This document shows, piece by piece, positions 1 through 9,866 of a stretch of DNA of 44,112 bases; position 1 is the first letter of the stretch; every line of letters starts with the position of its first letter. The notes under the pieces were generated by a model. The model saw only the letters and a program-made list of their open reading frames with translations, was not told the origin of the DNA and ran no database searches. The translations under genes and the position numbers were made by a program. The DNA comes from a virus: the UHGV virus genome UHGV-0127376; one strand, 5' to 3'.

Positions 1-1553
1 GTGTAGGTACAGCCTCGTCTGAGACAGCGTGGTACCAGTTCAGCTACAGCACCCGCACCTGGTCTGAGGTGGGAGCGTACGGCAGCATCACCAAGATTAC
101 GAACATGCCCCGAGAGCTTGCTGCAGATGACAACATTATTGCGCGGGATTGGGAGGGGCGTTTAGCTGGTAACGACGACAATAACAGCGACCCCGGATTC
201 GTGGAGAATGGATACATCACCGGCATTGCAGCTTTCCAGGGCCGCTTGGTTCTGCTTAGTGGTAGCTCCGTGGATATGTCTGCCTCAGGTCTGTACCAGC
301 GCTTCTACCGCTCCACTGTGACGTCTCTGCTGGATACGGACCGTATCAGCATTAGCTCTGCGTCTGCACAGGATTCTGTGTATCGTACCGCTGTGCAGTT
401 CAACCGGGACTTGGTCCTGTTTGCTAACAGCATGCAGGCGGTTGTGCCGGGTTCAGCGGTACTCACCCCCACTAACGCAAGTATTAGCATCACCAGCACC
501 TACGAGTGTGATAGCCGTGTGACTCCGGTAATGGCGGGGCAGACGGTAATCTACCCGAATAAGCGCAACAACAGCTACGCGGGTATACTGGAGCTAATCC
601 CATCACCATATACTGCGGCGCAGTACACTACGCAGGACGCCACGGTGCACCTGCCGCGGTACATTCCCGGCAGGGTATTGCAGATGCAAAACTCCAGTGT
701 CACCAATATGGCCTTCTCACGAATGTCCGGAGAGCGAAATAACCTGCTGGTCTATGAGTTTATGTGGGGTGGGAGTGATGGTGCTAAGATGCAAGCGTCG
801 TGGCATAAATGGACGTTCCCATATCCAATCCTGAGCGTGCAGGCGCTGGAGGATGAGGTGTTCTTGTATATGCAAGGGCCCAGTCCCAGCAACAAGCTTT
901 TGATTGTGTCTATGGACCCGCGTGAAGGTTATCAGCTGGGTTCGGAGTACCGCGAAGCCTACTCGGATTTGCAGAAGCAAGTTCAAGTGCAGGATGGGGT
1001 GTTTACTGTTCCGGCGGTACTGCGCCCCGTCGGGTGGGCTGACAACTACAAGGAAGAGCTTATCCTAACGTACTTGCCCAGCAACCCTATGGGGCCTACT
1101 GAGGTTGGCATCAAGGAGATTGCCGGGGAGAACACCCTGCGGGTTGTGCGTGGTGTACCTGATGGCACCTACGTAATTGGGAGACGCTACCGCAGTACGT
1201 TCACTCTAACTACGCCTATTCTACGGGACCAGAATGACAAGCTAGTGGGAAGTGGGCACGTGCGCCTGCTGCGCCTGGACGTAGCAGTACGTAACTCTGG
1301 GCACTTCGATGTACAGGTACTAGACACCCCACGGGACGTCAACTGGGGTGGGGAGCTAACCGGTATCTTGATGAACTCAAAGGAGCTAACGCTTGGGCAG
1401 GCCCTGCGTATGGACTTGGCTACGATTACCGTGCCGTGCCGTACTAACGCAGACACAACCGAGGTGACGTTATTTACTGAGGGTTCTATGGAACTGAACG
1501 TGCTGGATATCTCGTATATCCTGCGCTACAACCAACGCAGACGGAGAATTTAA
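1..1553 (+). CDS. Tail tubular protein B (T7 gp12-like), C-terminal part; reading frame is open from the first base of the window
   Basis: Frame of ORF 69..1553 has no stop back to position 3; the N-terminal part of the same protein is at 43307..44112; position between tail tubular A and the internal virion proteins. Confidence 0.75.
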   Translation, partial: VGTASSETAWYQFSYSTRTWSEVGAYGSITKITNMPRELAADDNIIARDWEGRLAGNDDNNSDPGFVENGYITGIAAFQGRLVLLSGSSVDMSASGLYQRFYRSTVTSLLDTDRISISSASAQDSVYRTAVQFNRDLVLFANSMQAVVPGSAVLTPTNASISITSTYECDSRVTPVMAGQTVIYPNKRNNSYAGILELIPSPYTAAQYTTQDATVHLPRYIPGRVLQMQNSSVTNMAFSRMSGERNNLLVYEFMWGGSDGAKMQASWHKWTFPYPILSVQALEDEVFLYMQGPSPSNKLLIVSMDPREGYQLGSEYREAYSDLQKQVQVQDGVFTVPAVLRPVGWADNYKEELILTYLPSNPMGPTEVGIKEIAGENTLRVVRGVPDGTYVIGRRYRSTFTLTTPILRDQNDKLVGSGHVRLLRLDVAVRNSGHFDVQVLDTPRDVNWGGELTGILMNSKELTLGQALRMDLATITVPCRTNADTTEVTLFTEGSMELNVLDISYILRYNQRRRRI

Positions 1554-1554
1554 T

Positions 1555-2142
1555 ATGTGGTGGATGGTTGCGGCCATGGCCGCTAAGGCCGTTCTGGGGC
1601 AGAGTGCTCAGATTGAAGTGTCCAAGGCCAGGAACAAGGCTGTGATTCAACAGACAGCCAAACAGTTAAACGATATAGCGCTGCAGCGTGCACAGTCCAG
1701 GGACAGGACTGAGGTATCCCTGTTTAACATCCAGCAGCAGAAACTGCAGGCGCAGAGCCAAGTAGGACTGCAGGCAGCAGCCTCTGGCACTATGGGGGCC
1801 TCTGTTAAAGACGCCGTAGCCACCGTGAACACAGTAGCAGGGCGACAAGAGGCTAGCGTACGGGACCAGCAGGCAACCCAGGAAGAGGGCTTCCGGCTAA
1901 TGACGGACAAGGCTGTGGATAGTGGTCTGGCTAACATGGACATGGAGGACCCGTACGATAACATGTTTAACTCGTTGCTAAGTGTTGGGGCATCTGCCGT
2001 TGGGCAGTACGCCGGTAACGCTGCGTCATCTTCTGACTCTGGCGGCTCATCCCCTGGTAGCGGTGCGTCGGCTACACAGAACACGGCATCCTCCTATGAC
2101 TTATGGGGGAGTAAGGGTAACAGCTCAGTTCATACCTGGTAA
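1555..2142 (+). CDS. Internal virion protein (small, first of three)
   Basis: 195 aa, ATG overlaps upstream stop (TAATATG); synteny after tail tube B; Ala/Gln/Ser-rich low-complexity protein. Confidence 0.5.
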   Translation: MWWMVAAMAAKAVLGQSAQIEVSKARNKAVIQQTAKQLNDIALQRAQSRDRTEVSLFNIQQQKLQAQSQVGLQAAASGTMGASVKDAVATVNTVAGRQEASVRDQQATQEEGFRLMTDKAVDSGLANMDMEDPYDNMFNSLLSVGASAVGQYAGNAASSSDSGGSSPGSGASATQNTASSYDLWGSKGNSSVHTW

Positions 2143-2159
2143 CTTAAGAGGAATATTAA

Positions 2160-4844
2160 ATGCCTGTGATTCAACCCAATAGACAGGGGCTAAATGTCGG
2201 TGGCGTACAATTGCAGGCCAACGATGTTAGCTTGCCGTCAACGGTGAGTGAGGTATCTGTTGATACCTCCAAAGCAAAACGTCTAGCCGCCCTGTCTGGG
2301 TTTGTGCAGGACTTCGGCGTAGGCTTTGACGAGGCAGTAAAAGAGAACGCCGCAGCCGCCACAGTGCGCGGCGCGATGGATGCTCAGGGTGCGGTGGACG
2401 CGATGGCCTCCAAGGACGAGGCTGTACAGAAGCAGAACATCTTCGTACGTGAAGCCTACCAGGATGGCTACGTATCCGCTGCTGCATACGACTCGCTAGC
2501 CAAGTGGCGCACAGACAGTATCGCCCGGGCTAAGAAAGCTGCCGAGTCCGGGTTGACTGACGAGGAGTTCCAGCAGCAGGAGCAAGAGCACGTCCAGTCT
2601 ATGTCGGACAAGCTCGGTATGTATCTACCGGATATGTCCAAGCAGTCCGCTACCACCATACTGCAGCAGCTCCGTGCTACTAGCATGGCGAACTATACAG
2701 CCTTCCAGAAAGGTCGAGCTGCGTTTGCCCTGGCGCAGGCTGACCGTGCCCTAGACCGCGGCCTTAGCTCGTCCAGTGATGAGTTCTATCAGCGCCTACA
2801 AGCAGGGCAGGGTGCCGCTGCGCAGATGTCTATCAAGACCGGCTTAGACAGCATCCTGGCTGCTGAGCACCTGGATAAGAGCAAAAAGCTTGACCGGGCC
2901 AAGCAGTATTTGGTCAGCGTAGCGCAGCAGACGCAGGACCCGCTGGTAATCAACCAGCTGCAAGAAATGGCCACTAAGGAACTTGGTGTCAACTCCGTAG
3001 ATGTCAACGCGGCGCTATATCAGGAGTTCAAGCGTGCTGGTGCTCAGATTGAGACCCAAGCCCGTTTCGAAATCTCTGATGCAATCCAGTCCCTTGAAGG
3101 GCAGACCCCAGAGCAGCAGGAACAGACTATGGCGCATATTCGTAGTCGTGTCATTGAGCTGTCTGCATCTGATGTGCTCAGCGCTGGCACCAGTATGGAG
3201 TTCTGGAACAAGGCCCAGACCATCCGCGAGAAGGCAGCGGACACCCAGGCATTGCGCACAGCAATCACTGGGAATATGCCAAGCTCTACTTTAGCAGGCA
3301 TGTTCAAAGGGGACTTAGATAAGGCGCGTACTCAGCTGCTCAAGAGCTTTCCGGACACCCCGGAAGGTAACCTGCAGTTGCTGGCATACGGGAGCAACAG
3401 CAAGGATGCGTGGGCAGTCAACGAGGCGCACAAGCGTATGTCTTCGGACATGGCACGTACGCTGACTACGCTGGACCAGCTCGGTGAGGATGGCGAGGTT
3501 TCCCGCGAGAACGTCAACAGCATCAACTTGTGGGCACAGGCTTATAGCACCAGTACGGACTTAGGTAAGATGGCCCTGCTGTCTGAGGTCCCGTCCGAGT
3601 GGCAGGGGGTGGTGCAGAAAGCTATTGCACAAAACCCAAGCAATGCCAGCAATACTATCTTGGACGACCTGCGCCGCCAGGCGCGTAACAAGGCCAGTGG
3701 GCGCTACAGCAATATCCAGAGTAACCCCACGGACAAGATGGTAGACCCTAGCGGTACCAGCAACTGGTTCAGTTTCTTTGGCGATGCCGACGCTCAGCGC
3801 CAGGAAGCGCGCGCTGCTATGGAGGAGGAGTACCGTTATACGTACAGCCGCAACCCAGAATCTCTGGTGGGTAAAGATGCCGAGGACATCAACACGATGC
3901 TAAAGGGTAACATCCAAGCCCGTAAGCTAGAGCTGGAAATTGCCGGTACGCCGAGGCACGTGTATCTGCCTGCCGGAACCTCTCTGCAGTCTATCATGGG
4001 TGACTACAAGGGCGACCAGGAGCAGTTCAAGGCTACGCTGCAACAGCAGATTCAAAACCAAGTACAGGCTATCACTGACCCCAGCAACATGGAACGTGTA
4101 GTGGTGCAAGCCGCCACTGCGGGCAACGCAGGTCAGAACATGACCGTAACCGTGTTCGACAAGAAGGGCACATTCCAGACTATGTCTGTGAACCTTCGTG
4201 ACGTTCAGGCTACTGCACAGGCTGCGTATGATTCAGCACTGGCGGGTGCTATGAAGATTGGTAGTGAGCAAGTAGGGGTACGTCCCGCCACCTTCTATGA
4301 CCACGATAATGGGCGCGCTGTCAGCGTGCAGGTCAACGGTCGTAACGCGGTGGGGCTGGAACCATCGCTGTTTAGTGACATCCTCGCCACCACTATGAAG
4401 TTCGAAGGGTTCCGAGAAGGCAAGGGCAAGGGTAGCGTAGGCTTCGGTCTGCACGTTAACTCGGGCATGCCTGTCCCTCAGAAAGTAACCATTGACGACG
4501 GTATCAGTATCCTTAAATCCTCTATGGAGAGGCAGTACGTTCCGAACGTGCAGAAGCAACTCAAGGGGCAGGGTTTGAATGCCTCCGATGAGGCGTTAAA
4601 GGTTATGGTGGACCTGAACTATCACGGTGGTAACGGTAGCTCTGGTCCTGTAGCAGAGGCGATGGCACAGGTACGTAAGGCTGCCAAGTCCCCGGTGGGG
4701 GCGTATCAGTATCCTGTATCTGAGGCCCAGGGTAGGGCTTGGCAAGCGCTGAGGAATACCCCGGCGTACAAGCAGGCCCAACCTGAGCGTAAGAAGTACC
4801 TGGAACAAAACCTACGTGATTGGCTCTTTGAGGCAACACACTAA
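2160..4844 (+). CDS. Internal virion protein with C-terminal lysozyme-like domain
   Basis: 894 aa; SD AAGAGGA upstream; C-terminal segment KFEGFREGKGKGSVGFGLH ... VTIDDGISIL ... MVDLNYHGG resembles GH24 (T4-lysozyme-type) motifs; synteny. Confidence 0.6.
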   Translation: MPVIQPNRQGLNVGGVQLQANDVSLPSTVSEVSVDTSKAKRLAALSGFVQDFGVGFDEAVKENAAAATVRGAMDAQGAVDAMASKDEAVQKQNIFVREAYQDGYVSAAAYDSLAKWRTDSIARAKKAAESGLTDEEFQQQEQEHVQSMSDKLGMYLPDMSKQSATTILQQLRATSMANYTAFQKGRAAFALAQADRALDRGLSSSSDEFYQRLQAGQGAAAQMSIKTGLDSILAAEHLDKSKKLDRAKQYLVSVAQQTQDPLVINQLQEMATKELGVNSVDVNAALYQEFKRAGAQIETQARFEISDAIQSLEGQTPEQQEQTMAHIRSRVIELSASDVLSAGTSMEFWNKAQTIREKAADTQALRTAITGNMPSSTLAGMFKGDLDKARTQLLKSFPDTPEGNLQLLAYGSNSKDAWAVNEAHKRMSSDMARTLTTLDQLGEDGEVSRENVNSINLWAQAYSTSTDLGKMALLSEVPSEWQGVVQKAIAQNPSNASNTILDDLRRQARNKASGRYSNIQSNPTDKMVDPSGTSNWFSFFGDADAQRQEARAAMEEEYRYTYSRNPESLVGKDAEDINTMLKGNIQARKLELEIAGTPRHVYLPAGTSLQSIMGDYKGDQEQFKATLQQQIQNQVQAITDPSNMERVVVQAATAGNAGQNMTVTVFDKKGTFQTMSVNLRDVQATAQAAYDSALAGAMKIGSEQVGVRPATFYDHDNGRAVSVQVNGRNAVGLEPSLFSDILATTMKFEGFREGKGKGSVGFGLHVNSGMPVPQKVTIDDGISILKSSMERQYVPNVQKQLKGQGLNASDEALKVMVDLNYHGGNGSSGPVAEAMAQVRKAAKSPVGAYQYPVSEAQGRAWQALRNTPAYKQAQPERKKYLEQNLRDWLFEATH

Positions 4845-4894
4845 CTAGAGGCCCTCCGGGGCCTCCCCTTATCAAAATTCTTTTAGGAGATATT

Positions 4895-7800
4895 ATGGCT
4901 CAGTTTCTGAACCAAGAACCGAATCCACAGGAAAAGGATTCTGCTAAGGGCGCAACACTTAAACCTGCGCCTGAGCGCGTAGATTGGAACGATGCCGGAG
5001 ACAACGGCTTAAACGCACTGGAGCGTGCCTCCTTACTGGCGCAGGCCAAGACCCCAGCTACTACAGCCGGGGAGAGCTTTGCGTCTGGTATGGGTAACAG
5101 CATCATCGCCGCAGCTATCCGTAAGGCCTCTGCCCCGGCATTTGACCGGGACCAGAACTTTAACGCCAAGCAGACTCTGAGCAGCGATACCAGGGCTAAG
5201 CTGTATGCTCCGAATCAGGAAGAGATTGAGTACCTGCACGACTCTGTATCGGTCGAGGATTACAACTACCGCATGCAGCAGATGCTTGAGCAACGCAACC
5301 GTGACCGCTTAATGGCTGACAACACGGTAGCCGGGTTCGCGGGTATGTTGGTGGGTGATTCTCCGTTCATCCTGGCCCCGATGTCTGCCGCTGGTATTGC
5401 TGGCCGCGCAGGCTTAGCTGCACGGACTGCTATCCGCGCTGCTGACGTAGGCTCCGCATTCTATGCGCAGGACCAACTGGGCCAGTCTGCTGCGGTAACT
5501 GCACTGGTAGCGGGCGTAGCTGGGTTGGACCAGCTCTGGGATATGTCTAGGGCTGCTAAAGCTGCTGCTAAGGCTCGTACTGGGCGTGAGCCTATGTTCG
5601 ACCCAGAAGCGCCTACAACTCGTACAGCGAGGGACGCTAATGTTACAGGAGTAGGAGAGGGAGAGGAAATCCTTACTAAGACACTGGATGAAAGCATCCA
5701 AGTATCTAGAAACAATACCGCCTCCGTGAACATGAAAGCACAGCACGTAGTTCAGTTCTTGAAGAAGTCCGAACACTTAACAGCAGGCCAGAAGGCTATT
5801 CTGGACACGCTGGGCGATGCTGTAAATGACATTGATTTTAAACTGGTAGCAGGCTCCGCAAACCGCAGCCGCTACACTTACGCACAGCAAGATTTAGCTA
5901 AGCGTGGAGAGGTGTCTCTACGCGCACCTAAGCGAGCTAATGGCAGCACATGGACTACAGCAGGGGACGCACTGCGTGCTATGGATGCAGACACAAGCAG
6001 GGTAGCCGTGCACGAACTGATTCATGCCGCCACTGCGCGCGCCGTTGACAGTAACCCAGAGATTGCTAAGCGCCTGGATGAAGTGCGCGCTGTTATTGCA
6101 GCGGACTCCACCTTGACGCCGCGTATGCGGTATTACGCTAGTAATGTGCACGAGATGCTGGCAGGCTTAGGTGACAGCCCTGAGTGGGTTGAGCATCTGG
6201 CGCGGACGAAATCCCCAACCGGTAAGAGCATGCTCCGCCAACTGGGCGAGTACATCATGAATGCCCTGGGCATCAAGGCCAAAGGTTCTGCCTTGGAAGA
6301 TGTCTTGGATGCGTACGAGGACGCCGTTAAGTGGACAGCTAAGGATTATGCAGACCAAGCCCAGAGCTTCCGTAGTGAAGCCTTCCAGGACCTGGCGGGC
6401 AGCACTACCCTAAACGAGGCTAAGGGTGCCCAAGCTATGCTGGATGGCGCTAAGAAGAAGCTCTCTACTATGTTTGCCCTGTACGATAACATCGCTCAAG
6501 GCAATGAAGAATTGGCTAAACTGCTAGTGTCGGATGCGTCCGCAGTAGGCGGCCGTCGCCCGTCTGTAGTGGACTTCAAGCGCAACCTCACTTTGGAGAT
6601 GGACGCCAGCGCTAGCGTAGTGGAAGACGCTATCCTGGGCGCGTTGAAGGATAAGGGTGTAGGTTTCTCTGAGCGCTTCTTCCATCGTAGTAAGTTCCGC
6701 GCTGAGCGGGCTGCGCTGGAGGACCGCCTGAGCAAGTACCTGGATGCTGCCTATAGCGCTGACGTAAACGGTAGAGCTGTTCCTGTGCCGGATGCAGAGA
6801 TTGCCACACTGGTTGACGCCTACCGCCGCTCTGGCTGGGCTAGCAAGTGGCACGAGCATATGCTCAATGCCGGGCTAGTGGATGATGGTGCGTTGGTTAA
6901 ATCCGACTACTACTTCCCGCGTCAGTACAGCTACGACAAGATGCGTCAAGGTATCGCACAGGGTAACACTCTGGACGACTACCGCGCCCTGTTCCGGTCC
7001 GCCTTGCGGGACGTGTACCCGAGCATGGAATCAGAGGTAGTGCAGCGTGTAGCCAAGGAGATGGTTGACGGTATATACAATGGCCGTGCCGGACAGTCTG
7101 GCCCTATGTGGAAGCAGCTGATTAACGGTATGGGTAACGATGAGGTCGTTATGGCTATGCGTAGCGCCGGTGTAGAGGAGTCTGCAATCCAGAGCTTCCT
7201 GGCTGGCAACGTACGCGAATCCGGCAGCACATCCCCTGCGCGGAACCTGCGTCAGCGTACTCGGTTCAACATGGACAAAGAGTATCTGGTGAACGGTAAG
7301 AGCATGCGCATGCAGGACCTGATGGATACTGATGTAGCCAAGGTTATGCACGGGTACACTAACCGTATGTCTGGACGTGTAGGCATGGCCTATGCAGGCG
7401 TACAGGACCTGGGACAGCTCGCTAAGATGATTGATGAGTCCAAGCACGCACTGGCGGATTCCGCTAAGTGGGAGAAGACAATCAATGACACCATCGACTT
7501 TATCCTGGGTGGGGCTCCTGCTGACGCAGGGCAGCTTCCGGATTTGCTACGCGCAGCCGGGAACATGGCTAACGCCACCATGCTTAAGAACTCCGGGCTG
7601 TATCAGCTGACGGATACTGCGCTGGCTATGAAGGAGTTCGGCATGGCTAGAGTGCTGCGCAGTATGCGTGACCAGCCTTGGTTCAAGGAAGGTGCCGTAG
7701 CTATCAAGACTCCGGATATGGCTGCCCGTCTAGACACCGTGCTGCGTGGTAATATCCAGAAGGAGATGCGCTTCCGCTGGTTGAATACGTACGCCGACGA

Positions 7801-8593
7801 TAACCTGGACCTGACCCGTCAGGCCTCTTGGTTCAATGTAACCCAGAACGTTGGGCAGGCTGCGCGTCACGTCAACGGTATGAGCATGGTGCACCGGCTG
7901 CAGGTTAACCTGAACTCCGGCATTGTGGCGGATGAGCTTACCCAGATGTTCAAGGGTGATGCTGCGGCGTTTAAGCGTCTGGAGCGTTTCGGGCTTACCC
8001 GCGACGTTGCTGACCGTGCCATCGCTGCCAACAAAGCCAACCCGGGCGCCATGTTCCAGCCGGACCTGCAAATGCAAGTTGAGGTTGTAGGGACGCGTAT
8101 GATGGACTACCTGGTACAGCAGGTTCGTACTGGAGAGACCTCACACTTTGCACAGTTCAACCCTATCGGCAAAGTCATTGTAGGGTACCAGAGCTTCGCA
8201 CTGGCCGCCACTAACAAGATTCTGCGTAGGGAGCTGAGCGACGCTGGGTGGATTGGCGTAGCCCATATTATGGCGTATCAATTCCCGCTGATGCTACTGG
8301 CTACTATGGCTAAGCACGGTATGGATGGGAAGGACGTAGACACCCAGAAACTCATCGGTGAGTCCGTGATGGGTATGAGTGCCATTGGCGGTGTATCCTT
8401 ACTACAGGATATCTTCCTGGGGGATTCTCCCCGTCACTCATTGGCATCTATGGGTTACGTCACAGGACTACTTGGGGCTGTGCAGGACCTGGCTACCGGT
8501 AATATGGATATCAAGACCTTCACTAAGCAGGTGCCGTTAATCCAGGAATTCGCACCTACGCGAGCTATCATCAATAACTTCGGAGACGATTAA
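4895..8593 (+). CDS. Large internal virion / ejection protein (T7 gp16-like by size and position)
   Basis: 1232 aa ORF, SD TAGGAGA upstream, located between internal virion protein and tail fiber. Confidence 0.55.
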   Translation: MAQFLNQEPNPQEKDSAKGATLKPAPERVDWNDAGDNGLNALERASLLAQAKTPATTAGESFASGMGNSIIAAAIRKASAPAFDRDQNFNAKQTLSSDTRAKLYAPNQEEIEYLHDSVSVEDYNYRMQQMLEQRNRDRLMADNTVAGFAGMLVGDSPFILAPMSAAGIAGRAGLAARTAIRAADVGSAFYAQDQLGQSAAVTALVAGVAGLDQLWDMSRAAKAAAKARTGREPMFDPEAPTTRTARDANVTGVGEGEEILTKTLDESIQVSRNNTASVNMKAQHVVQFLKKSEHLTAGQKAILDTLGDAVNDIDFKLVAGSANRSRYTYAQQDLAKRGEVSLRAPKRANGSTWTTAGDALRAMDADTSRVAVHELIHAATARAVDSNPEIAKRLDEVRAVIAADSTLTPRMRYYASNVHEMLAGLGDSPEWVEHLARTKSPTGKSMLRQLGEYIMNALGIKAKGSALEDVLDAYEDAVKWTAKDYADQAQSFRSEAFQDLAGSTTLNEAKGAQAMLDGAKKKLSTMFALYDNIAQGNEELAKLLVSDASAVGGRRPSVVDFKRNLTLEMDASASVVEDAILGALKDKGVGFSERFFHRSKFRAERAALEDRLSKYLDAAYSADVNGRAVPVPDAEIATLVDAYRRSGWASKWHEHMLNAGLVDDGALVKSDYYFPRQYSYDKMRQGIAQGNTLDDYRALFRSALRDVYPSMESEVVQRVAKEMVDGIYNGRAGQSGPMWKQLINGMGNDEVVMAMRSAGVEESAIQSFLAGNVRESGSTSPARNLRQRTRFNMDKEYLVNGKSMRMQDLMDTDVAKVMHGYTNRMSGRVGMAYAGVQDLGQLAKMIDESKHALADSAKWEKTINDTIDFILGGAPADAGQLPDLLRAAGNMANATMLKNSGLYQLTDTALAMKEFGMARVLRSMRDQPWFKEGAVAIKTPDMAARLDTVLRGNIQKEMRFRWLNTYADDNLDLTRQASWFNVTQNVGQAARHVNGMSMVHRLQVNLNSGIVADELTQMFKGDAAAFKRLERFGLTRDVADRAIAANKANPGAMFQPDLQMQVEVVGTRMMDYLVQQVRTGETSHFAQFNPIGKVIVGYQSFALAATNKILRRELSDAGWIGVAHIMAYQFPLMLLATMAKHGMDGKDVDTQKLIGESVMGMSAIGGVSLLQDIFLGDSPRHSLASMGYVTGLLGAVQDLATGNMDIKTFTKQVPLIQEFAPTRAIINNFGDD
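5640..5656 (+). promoter_or_regulatory. Copy 1 of exact 17-mer ATGTTACAGGAGTAGGA, inside the gp16-like gene
   Basis: Identical 17-mer at 16659..16675 and 37846..37862. Confidence 0.25.
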
Positions 8594-8594
8594 T

Positions 8595-9551
8595 ATGGCA
8601 TACAGCTGGCAAGAACAAATCAAGCCAGCTGGTACCCAGGATATCCAGTGCGATATTGAATATTTGGACAAGTCCTATATTCATGTATACCTAGACGGTG
8701 TGGAAACCACTGGGTACACCTGGACCAGCTCTACTAATATCAGGCTTAATTCGGCCTTAGCGGCAAGCACTACTGTGCTACTAATCCGTAAGACAGAGCG
8801 AGAGTATCTGTACATTGAGTTCGCCAGTGGTTCTCCGTTCATTGAGGTAAACGTAGACTCCCAAAACACGCAGTTCCTGCACCTTGCGCAGGAACTAGTG
8901 GAGGGCCGGGCTATACCCGGATTCTATGGCGCTATCAGCATGAACGGGTACCGGATAACCAACTTAGCCAACCCAATCAGTGCCCAAGATGCCGCCACTA
9001 AGGCTTATGTAGATGCCGCCGATGCCTTACTAGGACAGCGCATTGACGCAGAGCATTCGGGGCGGGTATCCGCTGTACAGGCCGAAGCCGTTACACGGAA
9101 GGCAGCAGATGACGCGCTGAGTGCCCGTACCTCCGCCTTGGAGAACACCTTTATAAGCGGTGTAGAGACGGTAAGCTACCCGTGGAGCACGGTCCTGGCC
9201 ACTGATACGGACGAAGTAACTCCAGGCTTAGCCTTCACTAAGGCTGTAGTAGAGGTTAACGGGGTTGGGCAGATTCGTGGCTACAGTTTCGATATTGTAG
9301 ATAATACCATACTGTTTGCAGAGACCTTACCTGCAGGCACTATTGTAGCCGCTCGGCTGGGGGTTGATGTAACTGCGGGGGACGGTTTTGCTACGCAAGC
9401 ATCCCTAGATTACTTAGCCGACTCTTTGGGAGATTTGGCGTATCTGGACAAGGCTGCAGCTGTATCCAACGCAACCGGCACCGGGGATGTAGTGGCTAAA
9501 TTTAACGCACTGCTGGCAGCGCTACGCACCAGTGGGGTGCTGTCTACATGA
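8595..9551 (+). CDS. Tail fiber / adaptor protein (T7 gp17 N-terminal-domain-like)
   Basis: 318 aa; motif YRITNLANPISAQDAATKAYVD resembles the conserved tail-attachment region of T7-type tail fibers (GRRIVNLANAVDDRDAV); short length suggests adaptor for the separate tailspike. Confidence 0.6.
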   Translation: MAYSWQEQIKPAGTQDIQCDIEYLDKSYIHVYLDGVETTGYTWTSSTNIRLNSALAASTTVLLIRKTEREYLYIEFASGSPFIEVNVDSQNTQFLHLAQELVEGRAIPGFYGAISMNGYRITNLANPISAQDAATKAYVDAADALLGQRIDAEHSGRVSAVQAEAVTRKAADDALSARTSALENTFISGVETVSYPWSTVLATDTDEVTPGLAFTKAVVEVNGVGQIRGYSFDIVDNTILFAETLPAGTIVAARLGVDVTAGDGFATQASLDYLADSLGDLAYLDKAAAVSNATGTGDVVAKFNALLAALRTSGVLST

Positions 9552-9563
9552 TAGGAGAAGAGC

Positions 9564-9866
9564 ATGGCAGGGGCAGCTAAACGCAGTCGCCTCTCGGAGC
9601 TGCACCGTATGTTCACCGAGGCCTTGATTGAAGAAATCAAGCAGTCTAAGGAAGATGAGGTGCCGCTCCCCGCAGCAGATAAATCGGTCATTGCTAAGTT
9701 CTTGAAGGATAACGACATCACCGCGGACGCAGATTCCGAGGAGATGCAGGACCTTCGTGACGAATTCGATGACGAGCTAGCGGCGCGCAGAGAGGCGCGT
9801 AAGCAAGAGATTCTAAATAAAGTTGGTGGTTCAGACTCTGAGGACTTACTAGAAGGAATTGTCTAA
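9564..9866 (+). CDS. Terminase small subunit (DNA maturase A)
   Basis: 100 aa charged protein immediately upstream of and overlapping the large terminase; SD AGGAG. Confidence 0.5.
   Translation: MAGAAKRSRLSELHRMFTEALIEEIKQSKEDEVPLPAADKSVIAKFLKDNDITADADSEEMQDLRDEFDDELAARREARKQEILNKVGGSDSEDLLEGIV

Noticed and set aside
1647-2084. 145-aa minus-strand ORF
   Set aside because: Antisense within the internal virion protein gene region; no supporting signals.
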